The position numbers and the translations under genes are program-made. From an uncultured Acidobacteriota bacterium (GTDB lineage Bacteria > Acidobacteriota > Vicinamibacteria > Vicinamibacterales > SCN-69-37), in contig CALFMR010000324.1 of NCBI GenBank assembly GCA_937880585.1, forward strand, positions 1 through 33,339: a stretch of DNA of 33,339 bases, given 5' to 3'. This document shows positions 1-8,341 of the stretch, one piece after another. Within the stretch, counting starts at the first letter, position 1. Every line of letters starts with the position of its first letter. The notes under the pieces were generated by a model. That model searched no databases. It had not been told where the DNA came from and was given only the letters and a program-made list of their open reading frames with translations.

Positions 1-278
1 TCGAGCAGCCGCGCCCGCACCGTCGCCTCGTCGACGCCCTCGATCGTCACGCGCTTCTGACGCCCGCGCGCGCCCGACGTGATGGACACCGCGCGTTTGG
101 GCACGTTCAGCGCCGCGGCGAGCACAGTGACCAGCTCGGCATTGGCCACGCCGTCGACCGGTGGGGCCTGGAGCCGCACGAGCAACGCGTCACCGCGCGT
201 GCCCGCCACGCCCGATCGGCCGGCGCGCGGGATGACGCGCACGATGAGATCGACGCCCCGCGCGGTGGCGTGAATCAT
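1..278 (-). CDS. DUF167/YggU-family protein (3' end runs off the left edge)
   Basis: ATG at 278-276. Hand translation is MIHATARGVDLIVRVIPRAGRSGVAGTRGDALLVRLQAPPVDGVANAELVTVLAAALNVPKRAVSITSGARGRQKRVTIEG. This fits the DUF167 pattern (ApPvdGkAN ... G..sR.K.v.i.G). It is absent from the ORF track because it is open at the window edge. Confidence 0.8.
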   Translation of the reverse strand, partial: MIHATARGVDLIVRVIPRAGRSGVAGTRGDALLVRLQAPPVDGVANAELVTVLAAALNVPKRAVSITSGARGRQKRVTIEGVDEATVRARLL

Positions 279-433
279 CGGCCGCGATTGTCGCACGCCG
301 CGGCGCCATGCGCGCGCGCGGGCGCCTGTGATGCCGCGTCTCCACGTCGCCAGCCGCGCCCTCGCCGCCCCCGGCCGGTCTCCATTGTGTCCGTCAAGTT
401 TGTGGCGGAAGGCGATGCGGATAAGCTTGGACG

Positions 434-1417
434 ATGGAAACCGGCGCCGTCGTCAAAGCCTGGGGCCTCATTCTGTCGGGCTATCGTCCGAATCTCTCCG
501 TCGAGATCACGCGCGAGTGCCCGCTCCGCTGCCCGGGTTGTTATGCCTATGGCGACGAACACCTCGGCGGCGACGTCGTCCTGCGGCAGCTCGCCGATTT
601 CAAGGGGCAGGAGCTCATCGACGGCATGATCGACGTCGTGAAGCGGCACAAGCCGCTGCACCTGTCGATCGTCGGCGGCGAGCCGCTCGTGCGATTCCGC
701 GAGCTGGAAGTGCTCGTGCCCAAGCTCACGGCGATGGGCGTGCACGTGCAGATCGTGACGAGCGCCGTGCGGCCGATTCCCGAGGCGTGGGCGGAGATGG
801 ACAAGGTGCAGGTGTGCGTGTCGATCGACGGCCTGCAACCGGAGCACGACGCGCGCCGCGCGCCGGCCACCTACGATCGCATCCTCAAGCACATCAAGGG
901 ACAGCACATCACGGTGCACTGCACGATCACGCGCCAGCAGTCGCGCGCCGGCTACGTCACCGAGTTCACCGAGTTCTGGGCGGGACTGCCCGACGTGAAG
1001 CGGATCTGGTTCAGCCTCTATACGCCGCAGATCGGCGAGGACTCGCCCGAGATGCTGCGTGCCGAGGATCGCGCGCGCGTCGTGGCCGAGATCACCGAGC
1101 TCTACGCGCGGCATCCGAAGCTGCACGACATGATTCCGTCGGTCGTGAAGGGCTACCTGCAGCCGCCCGGAAGCCCGGAGGCGTGCATCTTCGCGAAGAC
1201 GACCGCGTGCCTGTCGTCGGACCTGAAGCGCACGATCACGCCGTGCCAGTACGGCGGCACCCCCGACTGCACGCAGTGCGGCTGCATGGCGTCGGTCGGG
1301 CTGGGCGCGCTCGGCGACTACAAGCTCGGCGGCCTCATGCCGCTCCGATCCATCTTCAACGCCTCGTTCCGGATCGGCGACGGCATGCGGAAGCTCCGGG
1401 GCGAAGCCTCGCGCTAG
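434..1417 (+). CDS. radical SAM protein with Cys-rich C-terminal (auxiliary-cluster-like) region
   Basis: 327-aa ORF. CX3CX2C motif in EITRECPLRCPGCYAYG. Six Cys within ~40 residues near the C-terminus (ACIFAKTTACLSSDLKRTITPCQYGGTPDCTQCGC). High GC3 codon usage. Confidence 0.85.
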   Translation: METGAVVKAWGLILSGYRPNLSVEITRECPLRCPGCYAYGDEHLGGDVVLRQLADFKGQELIDGMIDVVKRHKPLHLSIVGGEPLVRFRELEVLVPKLTAMGVHVQIVTSAVRPIPEAWAEMDKVQVCVSIDGLQPEHDARRAPATYDRILKHIKGQHITVHCTITRQQSRAGYVTEFTEFWAGLPDVKRIWFSLYTPQIGEDSPEMLRAEDRARVVAEITELYARHPKLHDMIPSVVKGYLQPPGSPEACIFAKTTACLSSDLKRTITPCQYGGTPDCTQCGCMASVGLGALGDYKLGGLMPLRSIFNASFRIGDGMRKLRGEASR

Positions 1418-2757
1418 CCCTGCTTCTTCGGGATCACCACCCAGCTGCGGCTGCGGACGGTGACCTTGTCCTTGTCGACTTTGATCTTGAGCTGCCGGAG
1501 CCGGCCGTCGCGATCGGCGGCTTCCGGCTCGACGCCGAGCAGGTAGCTCGCCGACGTCTCGGTGAGCACGCGACGCAGCTGCAGATCGCCCGTACCCATC
1601 AGCACCGGGAAGAGCGCACCGCCTGAGGCGCCGGAAAACTGATCCAGCACGCGGCCGAGCAGCGCGCGTTCGCGGTTGCGGGACTCGGGCACGCGATCGG
1701 CCTTGCGCGTCTCGGCGGCATTCGCCGTCCAGTAGGCCGAGTCGACGTGCAACGCGTAGATCGCCGTATTGGCCTGCGCGGCTTCCTGACCCAGGAGCTT
1801 CGGCAAGTCGCCCACGTCCGGCCGGCCGCCGGGGCGATCGCTCACGACCATGCCGGCGCTGAACAGCACGACCGTCTTCCGGCCCGGATACTCGCCGAGG
1901 TTCTGGACGAGCGTCCGCAGGCCGTTGAGGCTTTCGGTCAACTCGCTCTCGAGCAGGAACGCGGACGTTGCCGCTTCGGTCTGAATGCCTTCGGCGCATT
2001 CCGTGTCGGTCGTGCCGCACTCGCGCATCTCCACGCGCCGCAGCGTGTCCGAGTCGTCGGGCGCGACCACTGGCGGCAGCACGCCGTCCGGCCCCGGCTG
2101 GCGTGTTGGCGTCACGACCACGCGTGACGCGATGCGCGACGTCTCGGCGACGATATCGATGATCTCGATCGGCGTCAGGTTGTACTGACCGTGCAGCGGC
2201 TCGCGATGACCGAGAACCGTGTCGACGCGCCGCGACGCGAGCGCGTGGTCGGTCGTCGGCGCGAGCTTCGGCCCGAGCGGGAACGCGTATACGCCCACCA
2301 TGTCATTCGGCTGCAGCTCGTGGATGAACCGCTCGGCGGCCTCGACGACGTTGCGCGAGTCGCCCACGCCGAAGCTGTCGACATCGAAGGCGAGCATGAA
2401 GACGCGGCCCGGCGTGTTGTACTGGTCCGCCTCGGGCGCGGCCGTCAGCGCGAGTGGCGCGTCGCCCGCGACGCGCGCGTCGGTGGCAGCCGTCGTGCTC
2501 TTGATGAACTCCGCCGAGACGACGTGCCGACGCTGTCCGTCGATGGACACCTCGAACTGGCTGGGATCGAGATTGGCCACCGGATGCCCGGTCTTGTCGA
2601 TGACCTGCACGTCAACGGCGATGAGATCGACAGACGATCGAAAGGTTGGCTGCTGTTGCGCGGTCGCCGTGGTCTCCATCCAGAAGGTGGCGGCCAGGAG
2701 ACTCGCGGCCGTGATCGCCGCGGACCAGAGGACGGAACGAAGTCTGGACCCTTTCAT
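1414..2757 (-). CDS. VWA domain protein (acidobacterial VWFA-related type), secreted
   Basis: 447-aa ORF with an N-terminal signal-like segment (AAITAASLLAATFW). TFRSSVDLIAVDVQVIDKTGHPVANLDPSQFEVSIDGQRRHVVSAEF is typical of the TIGR03436 N-terminal region. A VWA-like core follows (VFMLAFDVDSFG). Confidence 0.8.
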   Translation of the reverse strand: MKGSRLRSVLWSAAITAASLLAATFWMETTATAQQQPTFRSSVDLIAVDVQVIDKTGHPVANLDPSQFEVSIDGQRRHVVSAEFIKSTTAATDARVAGDAPLALTAAPEADQYNTPGRVFMLAFDVDSFGVGDSRNVVEAAERFIHELQPNDMVGVYAFPLGPKLAPTTDHALASRRVDTVLGHREPLHGQYNLTPIEIIDIVAETSRIASRVVVTPTRQPGPDGVLPPVVAPDDSDTLRRVEMRECGTTDTECAEGIQTEAATSAFLLESELTESLNGLRTLVQNLGEYPGRKTVVLFSAGMVVSDRPGGRPDVGDLPKLLGQEAAQANTAIYALHVDSAYWTANAAETRKADRVPESRNRERALLGRVLDQFSGASGGALFPVLMGTGDLQLRRVLTETSASYLLGVEPEAADRDGRLRQLKIKVDKDKVTVRSRSWVVIPKKQG

Positions 2758-3185
2758 CGCATGCTCCTCAGCGACGCGGCGAGAACCGGCGACGGCGGTT
2801 CGGGCGGCCGCGGCGCGTCAACCGCGTCGAGCCCTGTCGTCGGATCGCCGGCCGGCGCCAGACGCGCGGGGGAGCGCGCTTGGCGGCCGCGGGTCGATCC
2901 GGCCTGTGTGTGACGGAAACGTGATGTCGCGCCGGCGTCGTTCCCCGACCCGCCGGCAGGACACTACGCGCATCATACTCCCCTTGTCCCTGCACCGGAC
3001 CATTCGCCCCTCTCGGCCGTCAATACTCACGACGACCCGCGCGGTTGCCACGCGCGAGTGAAGGATGGCACGATGGATCGTCTGGATATGCCAGGCCGGT
3101 TTCCTGTCGACCACGACGTCGTACAGGGTCGTGTCGGCTCCGATGACAGATCACGTCGGCCGGCGCGTTGGAGGGTTCGTAGGAC

Positions 3186-3503
3186 ATGGCAAAGCGGGGA
3201 GCGACCACGGGTTCGAACGGCCTGCATGCGACGGCCGGGACATTGGGGACGGCACTGGGACGGCTGCAAGCGCGCGTCGCGTCACTGAAACAGGAACGCG
3301 CCGCCATCACGTCCGATCTCCAGCGTCTGCTGCAGTCCGCGCAGACGCTGCTGGCTGATCTCGGTCATGCCGGCTCGGTGGCCATTGCCGCGCCTCGACG
3401 AACCGGTGGGCGGCCGAAGGGGTACAAGATGTCCGACGAGACGAAGGCCAAGCTCCGCGCGGCTTGGAAGCGCCGCAAGGCCGCGGCCGCCAGAGCCAAC
3501 TGA
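3186..3503 (+). CDS. small basic protein, coiled-coil plus AT-hook-like/NUMOD3-like tail (hypothetical)
   Basis: 105-aa ORF with GGAGGG 10 nt upstream of the ATG. GGRPKGYKMSDETKAKLRAAWKRRKA forms the C-terminal tail. Confidence 0.5.
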   Translation: MAKRGATTGSNGLHATAGTLGTALGRLQARVASLKQERAAITSDLQRLLQSAQTLLADLGHAGSVAIAAPRRTGGRPKGYKMSDETKAKLRAAWKRRKAAAARAN

Positions 3504-3655
3504 CTCGACGGCTCGTGACGAGTACTACCGATCCGAAGTAGACGGCACGTTTCCATCCACCGCTCCACACGGCTCCTGCCAGCGCCTGACGAACGGTCCG
3601 CCTCTCCGGTGGGATGGCTGTGTATGGACACGGCCAGGACGGAAGGAGGACCCTC

Positions 3656-4246
3656 GTGAAAACTGCGTTGTTGGTGGCGGGCGTACTGATGGCGTCGGCG
3701 TGTGCCGCCACGCCCGCCACTCAGTTGCCCGCACCGCCGACCGGCTCGACGCTGCCGTCGAGCCTGACGAAGATCGTCGCGGCGCGCTGGAAGGGCGCGC
3801 ATATCGACGCGCCGCCGGCCCAGGCCGGCTGCGCGTCACCTGCCGGCGCCAGCGCGACCGCTGCGCCACTCTTGGTGACCGGCGACTTCGACGGCGATGG
3901 CTCGACTGACGTCGCGTTCTGGGCCGTCGCTCCCGACGGTCCGCACCTGGCCGTCGCGATTGCGCGCCTCGGCGGCTACGCCCTGCATGAGATCGCGCTC
4001 GCGAATCCGCCGACGATCGGCTCCATTTCCACCCGTCCGCGTGCCGCGCGCTATCGTCGCGCCGACTCGCCGATGGACTGGTACTTCGGCACCGACACGC
4101 TCGTCGTCACGCCCTGCGGCGCGGCGCCGGTCGCGTATCTCTGGACGGGTTTCGGCTTCGATCCCGTGGCGCTCGCGCCGACGACGCCGGCATCAGGACA
4201 GACCGCGAGCGAAGCCGCCAGCGGCGTCCGCGCCGCCATCCGGTAA
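3656..4246 (+). CDS. putative lipoprotein with FG-GAP/VCBS-like motif (hypothetical)
   Basis: GTG at 3656 lies 5 nt after GGAAGGAGGA. VKTALLVAGVLMASAC is a signal peptide with a lipobox-like end. GDFDGDGSTDVAF motif. The ORF track starts upstream at 3614 in the same frame. Confidence 0.6.
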   Translation: MKTALLVAGVLMASACAATPATQLPAPPTGSTLPSSLTKIVAARWKGAHIDAPPAQAGCASPAGASATAAPLLVTGDFDGDGSTDVAFWAVAPDGPHLAVAIARLGGYALHEIALANPPTIGSISTRPRAARYRRADSPMDWYFGTDTLVVTPCGAAPVAYLWTGFGFDPVALAPTTPASGQTASEAASGVRAAIR

Positions 4247-5095
4247 TCCCACCAACCGCGCGGCCTCGGCGATGACCGCCGCCGCCGTCCATCCGGCGGC
4301 GCGTAGTTCGCCGACGGCCGTGTCGCCGTCCGACTTGCTGAGTTTCTGCGCCGGCGTCTTCATGATGAGCGGATGATGCGCGTAGGCGGCCGGCGTTGCG
4401 CGGCCGAGGAGCCGCGCGATGACGATCTGCCGTCCCGTCGATTCGAGCAGGTCGCGTCCGCGGACGACGAGATCGATCCCCATCCTGAAGTCGTCGACCG
4501 CCGTGACGAACTGATACGTCCAGTTGCCGAGTCGATCGCGGATCGCGACGTCGCCCGACTGGATCGCCGGCCGCTGCACCTGTGGTCCGAGCAGGCCATC
4601 GTCGAACGTCTCGACCGTGTCGTCGATCGCGACACGCCAGACGACGCCGCGCGGCGCGAGCGGAAGCGCGCGGTGCCGGCACGTGCCGGGATAGAAATCC
4701 GGCGCGCGATCGGCCGGCCGCTGACGAGCGAGATCCTGCCGCGTACATGCGCACGCGTAGACGAGGCCGCTGCCGGCGAGCTGCCGCGCGGCGGCAGCGT
4801 AGATCGCGCCGCGGTCGCTTTGCCGGCCATCCGACCGCCCCGCGCGAAACGCGGATGTGGGGAAGACGTCGGCGGCGAACCCGAGCCAGTCCAGATCGTC
4901 GAGGAGTGCGCGCTCGTACGCGGGCTGGCACCGCTGCCGGTCGTGATCGTCGACGCGGAGCAGTACGCGCGCGCCGGCCGCGCGGCCGAGGCCCCAGACG
5001 TACAGCGCGCTCGCGACGTGGCCGAGGTGGAGATAGCCGGTCGGCGCCGGCGCGAAACGCGTGAGCGTCCGTCCGGCGGGGATCGACGCCTTCAC
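4193..5095 (-). CDS. gluQ: tRNA glutamyl-Q(34) synthetase (GluQRS)
   Basis: RFAPAPTGYLHLGH (HIGH motif), LLRVDDHD, KLSKSDG (KMSKS motif). About 300 aa, with no anticodon-binding domain. GTG at 5095 overlaps the ligD TGA (GTGA). Confidence 0.85.
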   Translation of the reverse strand: MKASIPAGRTLTRFAPAPTGYLHLGHVASALYVWGLGRAAGARVLLRVDDHDRQRCQPAYERALLDDLDWLGFAADVFPTSAFRAGRSDGRQSDRGAIYAAAARQLAGSGLVYACACTRQDLARQRPADRAPDFYPGTCRHRALPLAPRGVVWRVAIDDTVETFDDGLLGPQVQRPAIQSGDVAIRDRLGNWTYQFVTAVDDFRMGIDLVVRGRDLLESTGRQIVIARLLGRATPAAYAHHPLIMKTPAQKLSKSDGDTAVGELRAAGWTAAAVIAEAARLVGLPDGGADAAGGFARGLS

Positions 5096-7308
5096 CGCGC
5101 GGCCCGGCGCAGCACGGCGCGCAGGTCGACTGGACGACTCGTCCTGAGGCCCTGCCAGAGATCGCCGACCGCGGCGAAACGCGCCGGCGCGGTGCGGATC
5201 GTGAAGTCGCGCGGATCGACGCCCCGCGCGATCTCGTCCCACGTCAGCGGCGTCGACACGCCGGCGTAGTCGCTCGCGCGCGCGGAGTACGCGGTTGCGA
5301 GCGTCTTGCCGAGGATGTTCTGCAGATAGTCGATGTACACCGTCCCGCCCGGCCGCTTGCGGACGGCGCGTTCGATCGTCGCGACCTTCGGGTGCGCCGA
5401 CGCGACGAGGCTCGCGATGAAATGGCAGAGCAGTTGGCCCGTTTCGTACGACGTGTGCGGCGGCAGCGGAATATGAATGTGCAGGCCGCTCGCGCCCGAC
5501 GTCTTGGGCCACGCCGGGATGCCGTGTCGGTCGAGCTCGGCCTTGATCCACCGCGCGACATCGAGGACGCGGTCGAAGCTCGTGCCCTCGGTCGGATCGA
5601 GATCGAGCGCGGCCGAGTCCTCATCAAACGGCGAGTCAACCCGCGAGAACCACGGATCCTGCGAGATGGCGCCGAGCTGTGCCATGTAGAGGAGCGTCGT
5701 GAGCGATCCGCCGATCAGCCGATCGCGCGGACCCGCCTCGTCGACCGGATCCGCCTCGGGCGGGAGGACTTCGCGGCGCACGCCGGGCGGCACGGCCTCG
5801 GGATGCCGCTGCTGATAGAACGCCGGACCGCCGACGCCGTTGGGAAACCGCCGCATGACGAGCGGCCGGTCCTCGACGGCGGGAAGAATCAACGGCGCGA
5901 CCTCGACGTAGTAGCGCAGCAAGTCGCCCTTCGTGAGTCCGAGCGCCGGCCAGAACGGCTTCGTCAGATTCGTGACGTGCAGCGAGTCGCCGTTGGGCAG
6001 CGCAAGGTCGCCGTCCTTGCGCGCGCGTTCGAGCGCGCGGAGCGCGTCGATCATTTGTTTGCGGTCGCGCGTTGCTATCGTCGTCGTGCTGCCGCGCGGT
6101 TTGGCTGCGGTCTTCGCGGTCTTGTGAGGCTGCGCCGCTTTCGATCCCGACGTCCCGCGCGAGCGGGAAGCGGGCGCCGTCACTCTCGGCGCCTGCGGTC
6201 TGCGCGCCGCGACGCTGTCGTCGGACGGCGCCGGCGCGCGCCGGTTGCGTCGATAGCGTCCCGCGGATGGCAGCTTCGGCGTTTCGGCGCCGGCGGGCAT
6301 CTCACGATGCACGTCCTTCGGGGCCTTGTCCTCGCGAAGACCGAGATACACCGGCTGGCGCAGGAGCCCGTCGCTCGTCCACTCGGTGAACCTCACCTGG
6401 GCCACGAGCCGCGGCCGCACCCAGTGCGCGGGCTCCATCGTCTTGAAGGCGTCAGCGAACGGACTGCGCGATGTCGCGATCGCGTCGAGTTGCCGCGAGA
6501 CGCGTTCCAACTCGTGCTGGTCGAAGCCGGTCCCCACGCTGCCTGCCCACCGCAGCGCACCCTCGTCATCGTAGTAGCCGACGAGCAGTGCGCCGAAGTG
6601 CTGCCGCGTCTGGCGCGGCTCGGTCCAGCCGCCGATGACGAACTCCTGTTCGTGGAGCAGCTTCAGTTTGCGCCACGCGGGCGTCCGGCGTCCGCTCTCG
6701 TACACCGAATGGCCGTCCTTGACGATGAGCCCTTCCCAGCCTTCCTCGCGAGCTCGCGCGAGCAAGTCGCGGCCATCGTCGGCGGCGATCTCGCTGAGAC
6801 GCACGTGGCGGCGCAGTGCGCGCGTGGGGCGGACGCGATCCTGCAGCCGCAGCCGCCGCTCGGCGAGGGGGCGTCCGCGCAGGTCGTCGTCGCCATCGCG
6901 AAGGAGATCGAAGAGGATGATCGCGGCCGGCTGCGTCTTCTCGGCGAGCGCGATGTCGGCCGGCGAGATCAAATGGATGCGGCCCTGCACGTGCTGGAAG
7001 CCGAGCGGCCGGCCGCGCGCGTCGATCGCGACGATCTCGCCGTCGAGCAGGAGCGGATGCGGCGTGGTGGCGGCGAGCGCCGTGAGCGCCGAGACGATCG
7101 CCGGAAACTGCGCGTGCTTTTCGCGGCCGTTGCGCGAATAGATGGCGACCGATGCCGGCCGCCCGCGCGCGGCGGGCCGGAGATCGACCAGGGCGCGGAT
7201 GCCGTCGTACTTCGGCTCGTAGACCAGCCCGCGACCGGTGACGGGCGGGTCGGCCAGCGTGGCGAGCATCGGGCGAACATCGGCCGGGTTCTCGCGCCAC
7301 TCGGACAC
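5092..7308 (-). CDS. ligD: ATP-dependent DNA ligase LigD, ligase-polymerase two-domain form (start uncertain, 7269-7350)
   Basis: Ligase motifs: EPKYDGIRA (KxDG), EGLIVKD, AWRKLKLL. Polymerase/primase domain: HVTNLTKPFWP, FYQQRHPE, LDLDP, SGASGLHIHIPL. No phosphoesterase domain seen. The first codons of the track ORF (from 7431) are AT-rich and unlikely to be coding. Confidence 0.9.
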   Translation of the reverse strand: MSEWRENPADVRPMLATLADPPVTGRGLVYEPKYDGIRALVDLRPAARGRPASVAIYSRNGREKHAQFPAIVSALTALAATTPHPLLLDGEIVAIDARGRPLGFQHVQGRIHLISPADIALAEKTQPAAIILFDLLRDGDDDLRGRPLAERRLRLQDRVRPTRALRRHVRLSEIAADDGRDLLARAREEGWEGLIVKDGHSVYESGRRTPAWRKLKLLHEQEFVIGGWTEPRQTRQHFGALLVGYYDDEGALRWAGSVGTGFDQHELERVSRQLDAIATSRSPFADAFKTMEPAHWVRPRLVAQVRFTEWTSDGLLRQPVYLGLREDKAPKDVHREMPAGAETPKLPSAGRYRRNRRAPAPSDDSVAARRPQAPRVTAPASRSRGTSGSKAAQPHKTAKTAAKPRGSTTTIATRDRKQMIDALRALERARKDGDLALPNGDSLHVTNLTKPFWPALGLTKGDLLRYYVEVAPLILPAVEDRPLVMRRFPNGVGGPAFYQQRHPEAVPPGVRREVLPPEADPVDEAGPRDRLIGGSLTTLLYMAQLGAISQDPWFSRVDSPFDEDSAALDLDPTEGTSFDRVLDVARWIKAELDRHGIPAWPKTSGASGLHIHIPLPPHTSYETGQLLCHFIASLVASAHPKVATIERAVRKRPGGTVYIDYLQNILGKTLATAYSARASDYAGVSTPLTWDEIARGVDPRDFTIRTAPARFAAVGDLWQGLRTSRPVDLRAVLRRAAR

Positions 7309-7420
7309 GGCCTCATTGTAGAGTCCGGTGCGGTGCCGCGCTTCCGGCACCTGCCGTACGCGCCGGGACGGGCCGGATCGTGCAACGACGTGCACGATGG
7401 GGTGTCGGCGCGAAATGACC

Positions 7421-7426
7421 GATAAT
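7421..7426 (+). promoter_or_regulatory. candidate -10 box (GATAAT) for ku in an AT-rich patch
   Basis: GATAAT lies 18 nt upstream of the ku ATG, inside the only AT-rich patch of the ligD/ku divergent spacer (GAAATGACCGATAATTTC). No convincing -35. Confidence 0.25.
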
Positions 7427-7444
7427 TTCACGGCGAGGTCAATT

Positions 7445-8308
7445 ATGGCGGCGCGTCCGACCTGGAAGGGCTACCTCAAGATCAGCCTGGTCAACATCCC
7501 CGTCCGTGTGTTCCCAGCCACGGACGCGGCCGCGACCATCAGCTTCAATCAGCTCCACAAGGTGTGCCGGACGCGCATCCAGCAGAAGCGCTGGTGCCCG
7601 ACGTGCGAGACCGAGGTGCCCTCGTCTGACCTCGTCAAGGGCTTCGAGTTCGAGAAGGGCAAGTACGTCGTCGTCGACGAAGACGACCTGGCGAAGGTGC
7701 GTCCTGCGTCGACGCGCGTCATCGACGTCCAGCAGTTCGCCGAGGCGTCGGCCATCGATCCCGTCTACATCGAGCGGCCGTACTATCTCGCGCCCGACGG
7801 CCAGGTCGCCGCCGAGGCGTTCGCCGTCGTGCGCGAGGGCATGACGGGCAAGGCCGCCATCGGCAAGCTCGCGCTCTATGGCCGGGAATATCTGGTCGCG
7901 ATCCAACCGCGCGAGAACGGCCTCGTGATGTACACGCTGCGGCACGCGGCTGAAGTGCGTGCGATGTCGGCGATCGACGAGCTGAAAACGGTGCCGGCCA
8001 CCATCAAGCCCAGCGAGGCCAAGCTGGCGCGACAGGTCATCGACAGCTTCGAGTCGGTCGGCGATCTCACCCAGTACACCGACGACTACCAGACCGAGCT
8101 GCGGCGCGTCATCGACGCGAAGATCGCCGGCGACGAGGTCGTCGCCACCGCCGAGGAAGCGCCGCCGAAGGTCGTCAACCTGATGGACGCGCTCCGCCAG
8201 AGCCTCGATCGCGTGTCGGCGACCAAGAAGCGCACGGCCCGGATCGTGGGCGCGACGCCGCCCAAGGCCGCCGCGCGGCCGGCGGCCCGGAAGCGGGCCC
8301 GAGGGTGA
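7445..8308 (+). CDS. ku: Ku protein (NHEJ)
   Basis: MAARPTWKGYLKISLVNIPVRVFPAT, FEFEKGKYVVV and RPYYLAPDG are typical of bacterial Ku. GAGG 7 nt upstream of the ATG. Basic C-terminal tail. Divergent from ligD. Confidence 0.9.
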   Translation: MAARPTWKGYLKISLVNIPVRVFPATDAAATISFNQLHKVCRTRIQQKRWCPTCETEVPSSDLVKGFEFEKGKYVVVDEDDLAKVRPASTRVIDVQQFAEASAIDPVYIERPYYLAPDGQVAAEAFAVVREGMTGKAAIGKLALYGREYLVAIQPRENGLVMYTLRHAAEVRAMSAIDELKTVPATIKPSEAKLARQVIDSFESVGDLTQYTDDYQTELRRVIDAKIAGDEVVATAEEAPPKVVNLMDALRQSLDRVSATKKRTARIVGATPPKAAARPAARKRARG

Positions 8309-8341
8309 CAGCGGCCCACCGCCCGCACTAGCATCAAGGCG

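Noticed and set aside
275-2020. Long alternative-frame ORFs throughout the track, for example 275..2020 (-), 5392..7425 (+), 15591..16667 (+), 18270..21125 upstream part (-), 23928..25838 (+), 28634..31027 (-) and 20078..21001 (+).
   Set aside because: Their translations are Arg/Ala/Gly/Pro-rich low-complexity strings typical of off-frame reading in very GC-rich DNA. Each overlaps a gene with clear family motifs in another frame or strand.
2758-3185. The 428-bp spacer as a possible housekeeping ncRNA (RNase P, SRP, tmRNA, 6S) or riboswitch.
   Set aside because: I could not find any of the conserved core motifs of these RNAs by eye. Only short GC palindromes such as CGCGCGGTTGCCACGCGCG are present, which are uninformative in this composition. 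A covariance-model scan would be needed.
7309-7431. LigD N-terminal extension to the track ORF start at 7431 (a GTG).
   Set aside because: The first codons (AAA TTA TCG GTC ATT TCG) are AT-rich and atypical for this genome. That start would sit 14 nt from the divergent ku ATG, inside its likely promoter and SD. An internal start (7269-7350) is more plausible.
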